From: Tubiluchus corallicola
Taxonomy: Eukaryota > Animalia > Priapulida
NCBI GenBank assembly: GCA_030141605.1
Contig: JAQGDQ010000382.1
Span: forward strand, 62,001-126,000
Direction of reading: 5' to 3'
Length of the DNA: 64,000 nucleotides
Positions 24,253 to 34,845 of this stretch are shown here, piece by piece; position 1 is the stretch's first letter, and every line of letters begins with the position of its first letter. Below the pieces are notes generated by a model. It was not told the origin of the DNA, did no database searches, and saw only the letters and a list, made by a program, of their open reading frames with translations. A program made the position numbers and the translations under genes.

Positions 24253-26133
24253 TGTTAGTATCATTCATTTCCATTAATTGTTTCTGTTACTTTTCTTGCA
24301 GTTTTGCTGCCTCATTGCTGTAATAAGTAAAAAGATACGGTACCACATATCCGCGCTTGCTATATCTTAATGTTTGTATTTAGTTTACGCTAATATAATA
24401 TAGTCTTTTACGATATATAATTAAAGCCTCACGAAGCTGAAAAAAGATTACCAAGGTGCCATTTGCCAACAAATCCGGTCATGTAACCATTGCCTTGAAG
24501 GAATTCAGCAATTGTTATTTCACTCTTCGGAAGTCCAAATGTAGAATTATAGGTAAGGACACGAGTATGGCCGACCATGCCTACACGTGCTGCCAGACGA
24601 CCTGGAAATATAAGGATATGCATCATCATCATATCATACGCCCGTCACGTCTATTGTAGACATTGGGCAGGCAGAATTCTAAAATAAAAGAAATCTACCT
24701 TCAGACAGGTAAACGCATCAGTAATCCATCAAAAAAACTAGACACTGCTACGCCAGTGGCTTGTCAGCACCACTTCCGTTCCGATGCTATCAGTGCAGCT
24801 GGCAACATGGGAAACCAAAACACCGCTTTTAAGGTCAATGGAGGTTAGCAGTAATGGTGACGTAGCAGTCAATGAAATTATCAGGTAAAACTAGCTTAGA
24901 CTTCAAACATAGCTAATTCTATATTCATAACGAATTTTAAATTTCGGCGCAATGCGCAATTGAGACGGATCATTTACTGAATCGCAAAAGTAAAATAGAA
25001 ATAGGTATTTTTGGTGCTAACGAAAATTAGTTGCGTTATTATCCAAGAAATTAAAAAGAATTTAACTGCATTCAGAAAGTGATTTCTCACCTGTAAGAAG
25101 AGCAGCACGGCTTGGTGTGCAAATACTTTCTGCCGAATACCAGCTCAAGAACTTCATTCCTCCAGCAGCAAGATCATCAATGGCTTCCCATTCTTGTACC
25201 ACGTGACCATAAGAAGCTAGATCTCCAAAACCCACATCGTCAGCCATAATGACGACAAAATTAAACTGGCTATCATCATCATCATCATCGTCGTCGTCGT
25301 CGTCATCACTGTCTGCATTTACCACTGAATTGGTACATAGGAAAGTCACCAAGCTGAAGACTAGCAGCTGAATGAAAAGCCTAAAAAATCAAGTAGTGAA
25401 GAACAAGTAAAGTAAATTTGAAATCATAAAAATAAATTAACCTGCTGAGTTATATAAACATAAGCCTTTTACTTCTTTTCCTTAAACTTGTCTAAAAATC
25501 AAAAATTTGTCTCATTGAAGCATGTCGCCTAGTCGAGACAATTATCACACATCTATTATATGCCAATGATCTGTGTTAAACTAAAATGATTATCTGTTGT
25601 TTTGTTTCATTGGACGCATTCCAAGAATGAGAATCAAATGGCCAGCCCTGTCACATGCCGCTGTCGTTGTCGTCGTTGTTGTCACAGTTGTTATTGTGGA
25701 CATAGTCAAAAAGCACCAAGCTGCGGACACACTACAGAACTTGCCAGATTCTTGTTGACAATTTGAAAAAGAGAAATAACATTTGTAATTATCTTACAAA
25801 TTATTAATATTCAGAAAAGGAATTCTGAATATTTAAACGTAATTTATTAATGTTAAAAATAAGGATTAAATCCCACTGTTTGGCGTTCCATAAGTACTCA
25901 GTCTTTTATTCGCAATTAAGAGGCTACAACTACATTTACCTGGATGAGCCGATAATTAAATTAATTTGTTGACTCGGCTATAGGTCTACTTTTGTAAAAT
26001 ATGTGCAACACTTTGATAAATTACTACCAACCCCACTTACACAGCTGCAAAGGGACATTTTGAAGCAACCTCACCAAACAAAAACTCAAAGTAAATTTAC
26101 AAAACATAATAATTACGTTTTCAACTTCTTCAT
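15688..26133 (-). CDS. ARS: Secreted arylsulfatase of the sea-urchin Ars type, ~548 aa; exons 26133-26117, 25380-25091, 24601-24452, 23986-23874, 19936-19708 (or duplicate 21055-20827), 17643-17479, 16986-16816, 16199-15688
   Basis: Signal peptide MKKLKTLFIQLLVFSLVTFLCTNSVVNA; motifs IMADDVGFGDL, CTPSRAALLTGR (formylglycine motif), GKWHLG, HGFEFVGHNLP, PFFLYYA, SRRGFYGD, SDNG, EGGVRVP, DPPLVY; all introns GT-AG and phase-consistent (total 1647 nt). Confidence 0.92.
17890..18600. repeat. Degenerate (AACC/AAAC)n low-complexity repeat, intronic
   Basis: Direct reading. Confidence 0.9.
18670..19705. repeat. 66-bp minisatellite (~15 copies) derived from the Ars exon 5 3' end plus donor site
   Basis: Unit (+) AGATCTGTATAAGTGTTAATCGTCTCACAACGCCTTGAACTACCAACAAACTCAGGCATTGTTGTT; on the minus strand it reads DLTTMPEFVGSSRR|GTGAGA. 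Confidence 0.95.
19708..19936 (-). CDS. Arylsulfatase exon 5 copy B (229 nt, ends GTSRRG)
   Basis: TTTTAG acceptor and G|GTGAAA donor; retains conserved SRRG when joined to exon 6. Confidence 0.85.
19993..20826. repeat. 66-bp minisatellite (~12-13 copies), second block
   Basis: Same unit; indel-rich copies at 20160-20380. Confidence 0.95.
20827..21055 (-). CDS. Arylsulfatase exon 5 copy A (229 nt duplicate, ends SSSRRC)
   Basis: Near-identical to 19708-19936 with intact acceptor and T|GTGAGA donor; H>Y change, and the 3' end is of the minisatellite type. Confidence 0.55.
21210..21610 (+). mobile_element. Truncated copy of the Kolobok-like MITE family of 3023-3795
   Basis: Shares GTTGCACGTG..GAAAGCGAAAATTGA, ACATCTGAACTGAGAGGTAC and the terminal GGGTCCGG..TTGCT-TTAA. 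Confidence 0.8.
22105..22171 (+). pseudogene. 5S rRNA 3'-half fragment (possible head of a 5S-derived SINE)
   Basis: AGCAACGTAGAGGCCGGTTAATACTTGGATGGGTGACCGCCTGGGAATGCCAGATGCTGTAGGCTT matches the metazoan 5S 3' half including box C; the 5' half and a T-run terminator are absent. Confidence 0.85.
22172..22620 (+). mobile_element. GC-rich body following the 5S fragment, resembling an RTE-clade 5' UTR
   Basis: Abrupt GC-rich segment; complementary blocks AGGAGCTGC/GCAGCTCCT and CAGTG/CACTG; the RTE resemblance is from recollection only. Confidence 0.4.
22880..23495 (-). mobile_element. LINE reverse transcriptase fragment
   Basis: DTVERG, TNIGVPQGDCLSPILF, QQYADDIG (RT domains 3-5) and WKKCKYMG, with frameshifts. 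Confidence 0.85.
24140..24252. repeat. (CAT)n microsatellite in Ars intron 3
   Basis: Direct reading; explains the poly-D/M/I/S ORFs. Confidence 0.95.
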
Positions 26134-26319
26134 ACTATACAGAATCTTCAATCTTCACCACGTCTAAAAAAAACTCACGTTATGAGCTGATATCCGTTTT
26201 TTGTGCACAATACTACAAGTGGGCGTCTTTATAAAAGGCCCTGATTTCAGTGGGCACACAAAAATATCAGTTAACTTAACCTAACGAAGAAGGGGTGCCA
26301 AGGAATTATTTTCTTGTGA

Positions 26320-27250
26320 ACTTAGGTAATTCAAATGTGGTTAACAATGGTTTTCAATAATCTTAAGCATTTTTGGTATATCAAATGTAGACACATGTCA
26401 AGTCAAATGTGACATTGGTATCTCAAATGTGGATAGGTGTTAAAGCTTAAGGATGTTAAATATAATCTTCTTTAATTTTAAGTAATAATTGCTCTTAAGA
26501 CTGCGAAAATAATAACTTTATAGGCCTACTAATAGTTCACTAATAAGTCTGTAAGCTTTACATACCATTGTTAGTGTTAGAGAAACAATAGATTCTTAAA
26601 ATAAACAATGTTTATTGAGAGAAACTAATTCATTAATACAGTACTAATGCATTGCTTAAAAACTAATTAGTGATTCACTGTTCATTGGGATGTGGGAACC
26701 GATTTATTCTTTTCTGCCGACATTTTTCGTAAAATGTTGACAAATAAAATGTAGAATTGGCGTATATATTAATAATTGTATAATTGTTAACTTACTTATG
26801 TACAACACTTTTAAGTGTTCTTATCAAATAAACATTTTCTTTATATTTGAAAAATGTATTAACGTCCATACAAATAGTTGCAAATTCATTAAATATAATA
26901 AAAATTGATGCTGCCGATAGCACCATGACCATAAAATATAATTTTAATTTGGTTTGATCTTTTTTTTTGTAATTTGCACTTAAATACGTTAATTACCTAT
27001 TTATTCACCTCATCTATATTTGATTTACCTAAGTCACAGATGAGTTACCAAAACACATTCGAAATTCCAATGTCTACATTTGACTTACCTAAGTCACATT
27101 TGAGTTATCAAAACACATTCCAAATTCCTATGTCTACATTTGACTCACCTAAGTCACATTTGAGTTACCAAAACACATTCCAAATTCCTATGTCTACATT
27201 TGACTTACCTAAGTCACATTTGAACTTTCCTGTGTCTACATTTGACGTGT
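26320..27250. repeat. Foldback-like element: 60-bp tandem array (~4 copies, 27010-27248) with inverted degenerate copies at 26320-26440
   Basis: TGTCTACATTTGACTTACCTAAGTCACATTTGAG on the right versus TCAAATGTAGACA/GTCAAATGTGAC on the left. Confidence 0.65.
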
Positions 27251-27759
27251 AAAACCTATAATAACAATGATGATGACGATGGTGACGATGGAGCTAATAT
27301 TCTAATGTCGAAAGGCAGACACAAAACAAGACGCCTTAAACACTCAACACTGCGTAATTAAGCATATCAGCAAAGCTTATAACAATTACGATTTAAATTA
27401 CAATTACAATTTCAACGTTTATTTTTGCGTTGCGAAAAGAAATCTGGCTACATTTCATTTTTATGAAGGTCATAAAGGAGAATGTTGGGCGACTTAGACG
27501 TTCCGTAGAGTGAGCCCCTTTCTCTGGTTGCGTAATCGACGGTGATTTTTATTCACTGCGTCGCTTAAATCTTTCATCTTCGTCAGATCTTCAATCATTC
27601 CAGGAATAAAGCGAGCAAACTGCCTTGGATTACGAAGGTAGTCACGCTTAACCGGCGGGCAGGTGCACTTACCTGGAAGTACATTCATATCACTATTATT
27701 TTAGCTCCATGGTAAGCCTCAGTTTAGGGTTAGGTATTTAAAAATAATCAGCTCAGCGT

Positions 27760-28760
27760 ATGACTTTTTTATAATGTCCTATATTCTGAAACACATATCA
27801 GGGAATCCGTTAAAGAAAAAATTATAGATCTGGTGTTTAGTTGTTTAAACGTGTTTTGTAGTATTTTTATACTCCTTTTTAACTTGTACCACTTTGACAA
27901 AGACCTGTGTAGACGCATACTTAAAACTAAAGTTTGGATCGATGAAGAGAACTGTACAAGGGTTTTTAATGGATTGATGTTTTTATATAAACTCTGTTTG
28001 TGAGACTGCTTGTGGTTATCAACAACATAAAATAATAAGCTGAAATAAACCTGTTTTTACAAAACGTATAAAGACGGATAAACTAATTATATTGAATGGA
28101 CACATGGGTGTAGTTTTAAGTATTTTATTCAAAAACATGCCCAAAGACAAATTTTTAGCCAACGGCGTTGGGTCTTTTGCTTTTCGGTTTTATTATAAAC
28201 GATTTACCTGAATGTGTCCAGTGTCATATTCATCATTTTGGAGATGATTCAAAACTGGCACAAAGATAAACTGTAAACAACTGCAATGCGATCTTGACTC
28301 ATTTTACTCCTGAGCTGATTGAAATGGAATGAGATTTCTTTTTACCAAATCTAAAATAAACTCATTTGGTGATAGTTATGTGTTTGATTATTAAATGGTC
28401 AATGAAAATGAAGATGAAAATAATCATCTGAGCGTTACTTGGATTATCATACTCTGACCAATTAAAGAAAATTAGGTTGACTACTCTAAGTTATAGATGT
28501 CTAAGAGGTTAGCTGATTCCCTGTTATAAATTATTAAATAAAGTTTATTCGACAAGTATGTCACCATTACAGTTTGAGCAAATCGAACTGTCCACGAAGG
28601 ATTGGTGTTGCACCAACCTCGTGCAAAGCACAAAACTGGTTATCACGATTCCTTTTTGTGTACGATAAAGCCCATTTGGAACAAGCTTCCTGCATCAGTT
28701 AGACGTTCAGCGTCAGCAAACGTTTTCAAGAATTCATTAGATGAGCACTTTGTAGAGCAC
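27760..28760 (+). mobile_element. Decayed CR1/L2-like LINE 3' fragment
   Basis: Terminal peptide IWNKLPASVRRSASANVFKNSLDEH resembles the CR1/L2 ORF2 end (WNxLP...FKxxLD). Confidence 0.65.
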
Positions 28761-29191
28761 TCACGTTGAAAATTGATCACCGAGCTTTGTTGTTCCCGCC
28801 ACCTCCACATATACATTCAACCTTCGCACATATACACCCACCACCTCCACATATTCACCCACTAACGCCACCAACACCAGCATGTGACCAAAAATTGCAC
28901 CCCGCTCTTATTTATATTTATGTTTCTTTTGATCCTTTTGTGTAAATGGATAAGCAAAATGTAAACATGGTCTTAGCCCCGGCATTTCTTTTAATTTCGG
29001 AATCGGGATCAAGTACGTGCCTTATTAGTTTGATTTGAGCAGTACCGTTGACAAGCTATCCAGTCTTAATATGAATCCTATGATTTTGGTCACGATAGTC
29101 CAGACATAACGCATTTACTGACATGTTTGCCAAAACCAGAACCAGTTGAATGTTCACAATTTAAAACAGCTTTTAATTTTCACGAACGTAC

Positions 29192-29641
29192 CTGGTGCGC
29201 CTGGCCAACCTTGTTCACCTTTATGACTTTCATTCCTTTCATACATTTCATCCAGAAGACCCAGGCGGTCCAGAGGGGCCAAGTGGACCAAAAAGGTCCA
29301 GGTGGGCCACTAGGTCCAGCAGCCCCAATAGGATCAGACGGGCCAGATGGACCTGAAGAACCAGATGGGCCAGCAGGTCCAGAAGGTCCAAACGGACGTA
29401 TAGGACCAAGTGGTCCACTAGGGCCTGAAGGACCCGGTGGGCAAGAAGGACCAGATTCTCCTGAAGGTCGTGGAGACCTGGTTGCCCGGAAGATCCAGGA
29501 GGACCTGAAGGACATGAAGGACCACTTGGTCCAGTGTCACCAGAAGGACTACTGGAACCAGGAGGACCAGAAGGTCCACTGGGACCTGATGGACCAGTTT
29601 CACCACTAGGACCAGGTGGACCTGATTGTCCTTGTTTGACA
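29192..29641 (-). pseudogene. Collagen-like (Gly-X-Y, GPS/GPP-rich) pseudo-exon
   Basis: ~45 triplets split across frames (shifts near 29475, 29292, 29245); Gly>Ser/Cys/Arg/Asp substitutions; intact donor CAG|GTACGT at 29191; upstream CTGCAA where an acceptor is expected. Confidence 0.8.
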
Positions 29642-29929
29642 ATTGCAGTGTTTTGCAAAAAAACAACAACAACAAAAATAATTTCACATAAAAGTCTAGT
29701 TTACGAGTTTTTATGTGTCATCAACAGTTTTTATATAAAATTATATAACAATACAAGAAAGTTTCTGGGTGTTTGTGATTTTCTGTCTTGCATTGAGTAA
29801 GTAAATAATTTATTTGTCGCTAATTTTTTACAAGATGACTGTTGGGAGCTAGTAGATTTTTATGGTGGGGGTGCAACTCTTTACCTCCCAACTCATCCAC
29901 AAATCTGACTACCCTGTCGCGTCATCTTT

Positions 29930-30230
29930 TATTCACAATAAAAGGGTTGTGCAACATACGTGGGCGGTTGTTGTCCTACAATTTTCAAGAGGGCAACAAG
30001 GCATATGAACCAAAATTCAACGACACAGGTAAAATTAATATATCTTTAGTGAGGTTGCAATGTCGAAGGGTTCACTTGAAAAACCAGCGGGTCTAAGGCT
30101 TGATGTTACGTTTTACGGGGGTTTACTTAGGCGTTATGGTTTTCCATGTTGACCATGACATACATAGATTCCAAACATACCAACAACAAAATCTTATATG
30201 AAATGGAGGAAAAGATTATGATTATGTTTA
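29930..30230 (+). mobile_element. Highly decayed restriction-like-endonuclease LINE fragment (CRE-like)
   Basis: Remnants HNK..., GLRLDVTFYG and YEMEEK resemble the HN..RD/ARLD/EKEK motifs; weak. Confidence 0.3.
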
Positions 30231-31009
30231 CTATTTTTATTCACTTTTTACTCTGTTTAGATAAATTAGAACAGGTTAAATTATCAATAACAGTTTCGCA
30301 TAAAAGCATAATAACAAAAATGACAAAGTGAAAAGAAAACAAAATGTCTACTTATCAGTTAACCCTTCCCCTGAGAGGACAAGGACATGGGAGAGGAGTC
30401 CGCGGACGTAGCTCACTCCAGTCAGTCACAGCAACACATCAACGACTTCAAGTCTATGGCCATAACAATCAACGGTGATGACGCCGGCTGCAGCACCAAT
30501 CAAATATGAACTTAGGAATGGCTCACAAGTCTCTGTGGTTGACTCAGGATACGTCCACAATCCACAACGTCTGGACACTGGTGGCTAGTCACGCATTTCC
30601 ATGTAGTTTAGAATAAGACACATCGTAGAGAGTTCCAACATCTCATCAGTGTGAATAAAGCTCCATCCACAACATCAAAACTGAAGTAGTTTGGTATCAC
30701 CACTGATAGTCTCTTTATGTTAGATCAGTCAAATAGTAGATGTGCACAAGTTTAGTGCTTCAGACTCTTATATAATCAAGTTTAGGATTTTAACCATTTT
30801 CGTAAAGTAAAGTTAAAGTTAAGAGTTAAAGCATTTTTGGCTGCTTTCAGATTCAGCAGTCACACTGTACTCTCCTGGATATCTGTGTCATGCACTTTCC
30901 AAGATCATGTTATACATGGATAGGTTATAGTATATTACGAAAGGAGGGGTGATAGGTAGGAAGCCCTTCCCACAGACTACTATACTACAGCAATATCTAG
31001 TTTAGCTAT

Positions 31010-32262
31010 GTGTAAGAACCTTACAATGACAATAAAAAAAGCAAAAAGAAGATAAGTAAGAAAAGAGACGGGGTGGCGAAAAGACCAATGGTCCACCAAG
31101 TAAGCCACCCTTATACAAAATTAGAGAAAATTGAATGACGACCTATCAAGTAGACATAGATAAATAAATATAAATCAACAATTTGAAAACAAAAATTAAA
31201 AATAAGGACAGTTTGACAAAAATTAACATAATGAGTTCAAATAAGGTTAAAATTAAAAACAGCAAATAATAAATATGTTAGATGAAGTGAAACAAAATTA
31301 AAATTAACAAACAGAACCAAATTTTAAAACGAAGAACCAGAAAAAGAATGAAAGAACGAAAGAAAAAATGAATGGCAAACAATAGATAAATATGCAAATG
31401 AGATGAAACAAAAAACAAAAATGGAATTTCAATTTAAAGAAACTCAATCCATCGGATGAACCAAAGAATAAACGCAAAATCAAACTGTTAAAACTGAAAA
31501 TCATTCAACTAAAAATAATTTTGGTGAGAAATAAATTAAACGAATTCAATGACAAGCAATAATAAAAGGGAAAGGCATAAAAACACATAAAGTTTAAGTT
31601 TAATTGTGCCCAAGTATTTTATTTATTTATTTTTTTTGGTAAATTGGAGTCCATGGAAGATAGTGATATGCCAAAGAAAAAAAGCTTAATGGCGAATATT
31701 ATTTATTTCAGAGTATGGGGATATATAAAGAATAGCTGTTCGACGAAAAAAATAAATAAAAAAGTAATTTAGAAACGAAGCAGACAAAATGGGATGGCAA
31801 AAATTTCTTTCTTACTGAATTTTGCTAGCTAAATAGCATAGTTTCCAATTAGATGCATACGATTCTTTTATTGCAGTGTGCTATGTTGGGAGTCTATGAT
31901 ATCAGAAGGGGGACTATTGTAAAGATTGACACCATTATGGTGGAGAGAGTTCAAACCATATTGGGTCTTGAACCTGTTTTGAAAATAATGGCCTTTATTT
32001 GAGGATCTCGTATACACCTGGTATACACCTGGCAAAGTATATTAATTTAAAGAGCTCCAGACTATATATATCGTAAGCTTTTACTATATTTAAGTGGTTA
32101 TATGAATGTATAGCATGTGCTGTGTAATGACAGAATATAATCAGTTTAATAATTATGTTTTGTACATTGATAAGTGGTTTAATATGTATTGCCTTGTTTT
32201 CCCCATCACAAAATTGCCATACTGTAAATAGGGATATGTCAAAGCGTAATATATCATTTTGA
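31010..32262 (-). mobile_element. L2/Crack-like LINE 3' part
   Basis: Minus strand HIKPLINVQNIIIKLIIFCHYTAHAIHSYNHLNIVKAYDIYSLELFKL; 3' motif at 31050-31115 shared with 11720-11778. Confidence 0.65.
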
Positions 32263-32269
32263 ACATTGG

Positions 32270-33700
32270 TGTACTTTCACAAATGTGACTGCAGTCTTAC
32301 TTGGTTTTCTTGTTATAGGCCACAAAGGTCTGTTATGTAACATTTGTGGATTTTTCAACACTTGATATGTGCTAATCTAACGGCAGAGCAATACGGTGCT
32401 TTACTAATAGTGTAGATCAGTGGAACTGTACAAAATGTCTTACAGATATACTGCCCTTCAATAATATAGAGAATGAAATGCAATTTAAAAATGTTATTGA
32501 CCTGATTGATTTACCTGATTCAATTACATTACAACTTACTGAATTACATCTAAATCCATTTGATTATAATGAAAAATCATTGTCTTCACAGCATGCAGAT
32601 TTTGATCCAGACCTAAACTTCTATAACAGAATTAGTAGATTAAAGTGTGACTGTACCACAGATATCCATTTACATACTTCTATAATAAAAGCTAATACAA
32701 ACGCTATACTCAACTTTCGATATTTAATCATAATTGTAAAAGCATGTCCAAAAATTTTAATCAAATAACAGATTTACTATCCACGCTGAATGATCAATTT
32801 TCGATTCTAATCTTTACAGAAACCTGGCTTAATGATCAGAATAAAGATCAATTCTCAATAAAGCATTATAATCACTACTCAAAAACACACAAACAGAGAA
32901 CAGGTGGATGGGTTTCCCTGTATATAAAGGATGATTTAAACAGTAAACCTCGTAATGACTTAGACTGTTTCGATGAACAAACCTGTGTATCACTGTTTGT
33001 TGAAATTACCCAAGAACATACAAAAAATATCTTAGTTGAACTGTTATACAAACCTCCGGGTACCAGTATCCCAGTATTTCTTGATGAATCATTGATGAAA
33101 ACAAACACATCTTTATCTGAGGCGACTTCAACTTAAACTTGCTTAACTGTGACTCGCACGAAGGAACTGAATCTTTCATCAATTGCCTTCTTAGTCATTC
33201 ATTGTGTCCCTTAATCACCAAACCAACAGGATTATTAGTTAATCGGCAACTTTAATCGATAATAATTTGTGTGTTAAATGACCTGCGGCATTCTCTACAG
33301 CGATATATCTGACCATTTTCCTCGGTAACCAGTTTGAAAGTGACACTTCATTCAAAACCGTTAGTTTCAAACTTAAGAATCTTTCGTAATAACAACATCG
33401 CAGACGTTGTCTAAACTAGCATCTCATGACTGGTCCCAAATTTTTGCATACAAAATCCTGACTCGGCATTTCAATACTTCTTTAAAGATTACTACAATAT
33501 TTACAATGATAGCTTCCCACTAGTCACAAAAATACTAAAGCCACGGACGTTAAATAAACCTTGGCTAACAAGCGGGTTGATACACTCAATTAAACACAAA
33601 AATAAATTATATAAATTAAAATTAAAAAACCCTACTGATCTGAACATTGACCATTATAAAATATATAGAAATATTTCAACGTCAATACTAAGACATCTCC
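32270..33700 (+). mobile_element. L2/CR1-like LINE ORF2 5' part (PHD-like finger plus APE endonuclease), decayed
   Basis: WNCTKCLTDILPFN, DPDLNFYN, IFTETWL, RTGGWVSLYIK, GDFNLNLL, SDHFP, KPWLTSGL, with frameshifts. Confidence 0.88.
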
Positions 33701-33899
33701 ATCCACCCTGCATTTTCCCACCTTTTCTAAGACGTTGAACTAATACTTGGTCTCCAATCTCGTGACTCCTATCTCGTGACGCACGATCATGCCATTTCTT
33801 TTGGCTTCCCGAAGTGCTTTATGAGCCTCCTCAGTCGTAGGCGAGAAAGTATTAATAATACGTTCAAAATACTCGTCTATGCAACATACATTCCAGATT

Positions 33900-34030
33900 G
33901 GGAGGGTTGTTGCAGGACTTGGTGGAATGTTACCATTTAATCTGTCATGTATGCGTCTGATCATGCATATAGCCAAGATTTTCCTTAACAAAACTCAGCA
34001 GTATAATTGGTCGTAAATTTTTTACTGGTC
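33900..34030 (-). mobile_element. LINE RT domain-1/2 fragment
   Basis: NLRPIILLS-x-LRKILAICMIRRI. Confidence 0.65.
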
Positions 34031-34845
34031 GAATGATCTACTGGATTTAAACATAACTTCAATGTGTTCTTGCAAAGTCCGTAGCAACTACCAGTTCGAC
34101 ATTGTTTAAAATATCTTATGAATTATTTTTTTAGTAATTTTGATGGTCTATTATTATTATTATTATTATTATTATCATCATTATCAGTGACAGCAGAATA
34201 GTTTTTTGTTTGTTTAAAATCTTCGCTTAAAGACATTTACTAACAGACATGCGACGAAAAACAATGGCTGACTTTAACAGCGTTTTTCTCAAGATTATGT
34301 TTTTCAAAGCGTAGCCTGCACTTCGACTTCAACGTGGATTATCTCAGCTCAGAAATAACATGGAGCGATGAGCTCGGTATCAAAATGAGCCTCATGAAAT
34401 GGAAATTCGGGATACATGTGAATAACTAGAAAACCCTAATTGTCGACCTATGGATGATTTTGCTATTTGCTTCTATTATCTTTCTTGTAAGTTCCAGTGG
34501 TGCCACGTTTTTCTTTTCACAGTACTAATCACTCAATTCAGTTCACTTAACAAACTAATCAACACTAAAGTCAGTATAGTGCTTGCTAACACCTAGTTTT
34601 GCTAATTACTTAAGCCCTACTCTCGAGTAAAAAACTCGAAAAGTCTTTAGACGAACATCCTCACAACGGCGATTCAAAACTTGAAAACACACAAGATATA
34701 TCGTTTCAGCAAGTTTTATTCGAAAAATAATCATTAAAGCTAACAAGTTAATCACTTTTATTTATTCAGCTGCTTCAATTGAACATGCAGATAAAGTGTA
34801 GATGTAGATGTAATCAGTAAATAAATAATGCGAATCTGTTTCGAA

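Noticed and set aside
23870-24323. Poly-D/M/I/S ORFs
   Set aside because: (CAT)n microsatellite; the true exon 23986-23874 is in another frame
26163-26178. GTGAGTTTTTTTTAG on the minus strand upstream of the Ars ATG as a micro-intron
   Set aside because: At 15 nt it is too short for the spliceosome; it could be a lone donor or acceptor, but this is unsupported
29127-29800. Plus-strand GP(E/D)-rich ORFs as a collagen gene
   Set aside because: Antisense shadow of the minus-strand Gly-Pro-X codons; the splice signal and KGEQG-type triplets are on the minus strand
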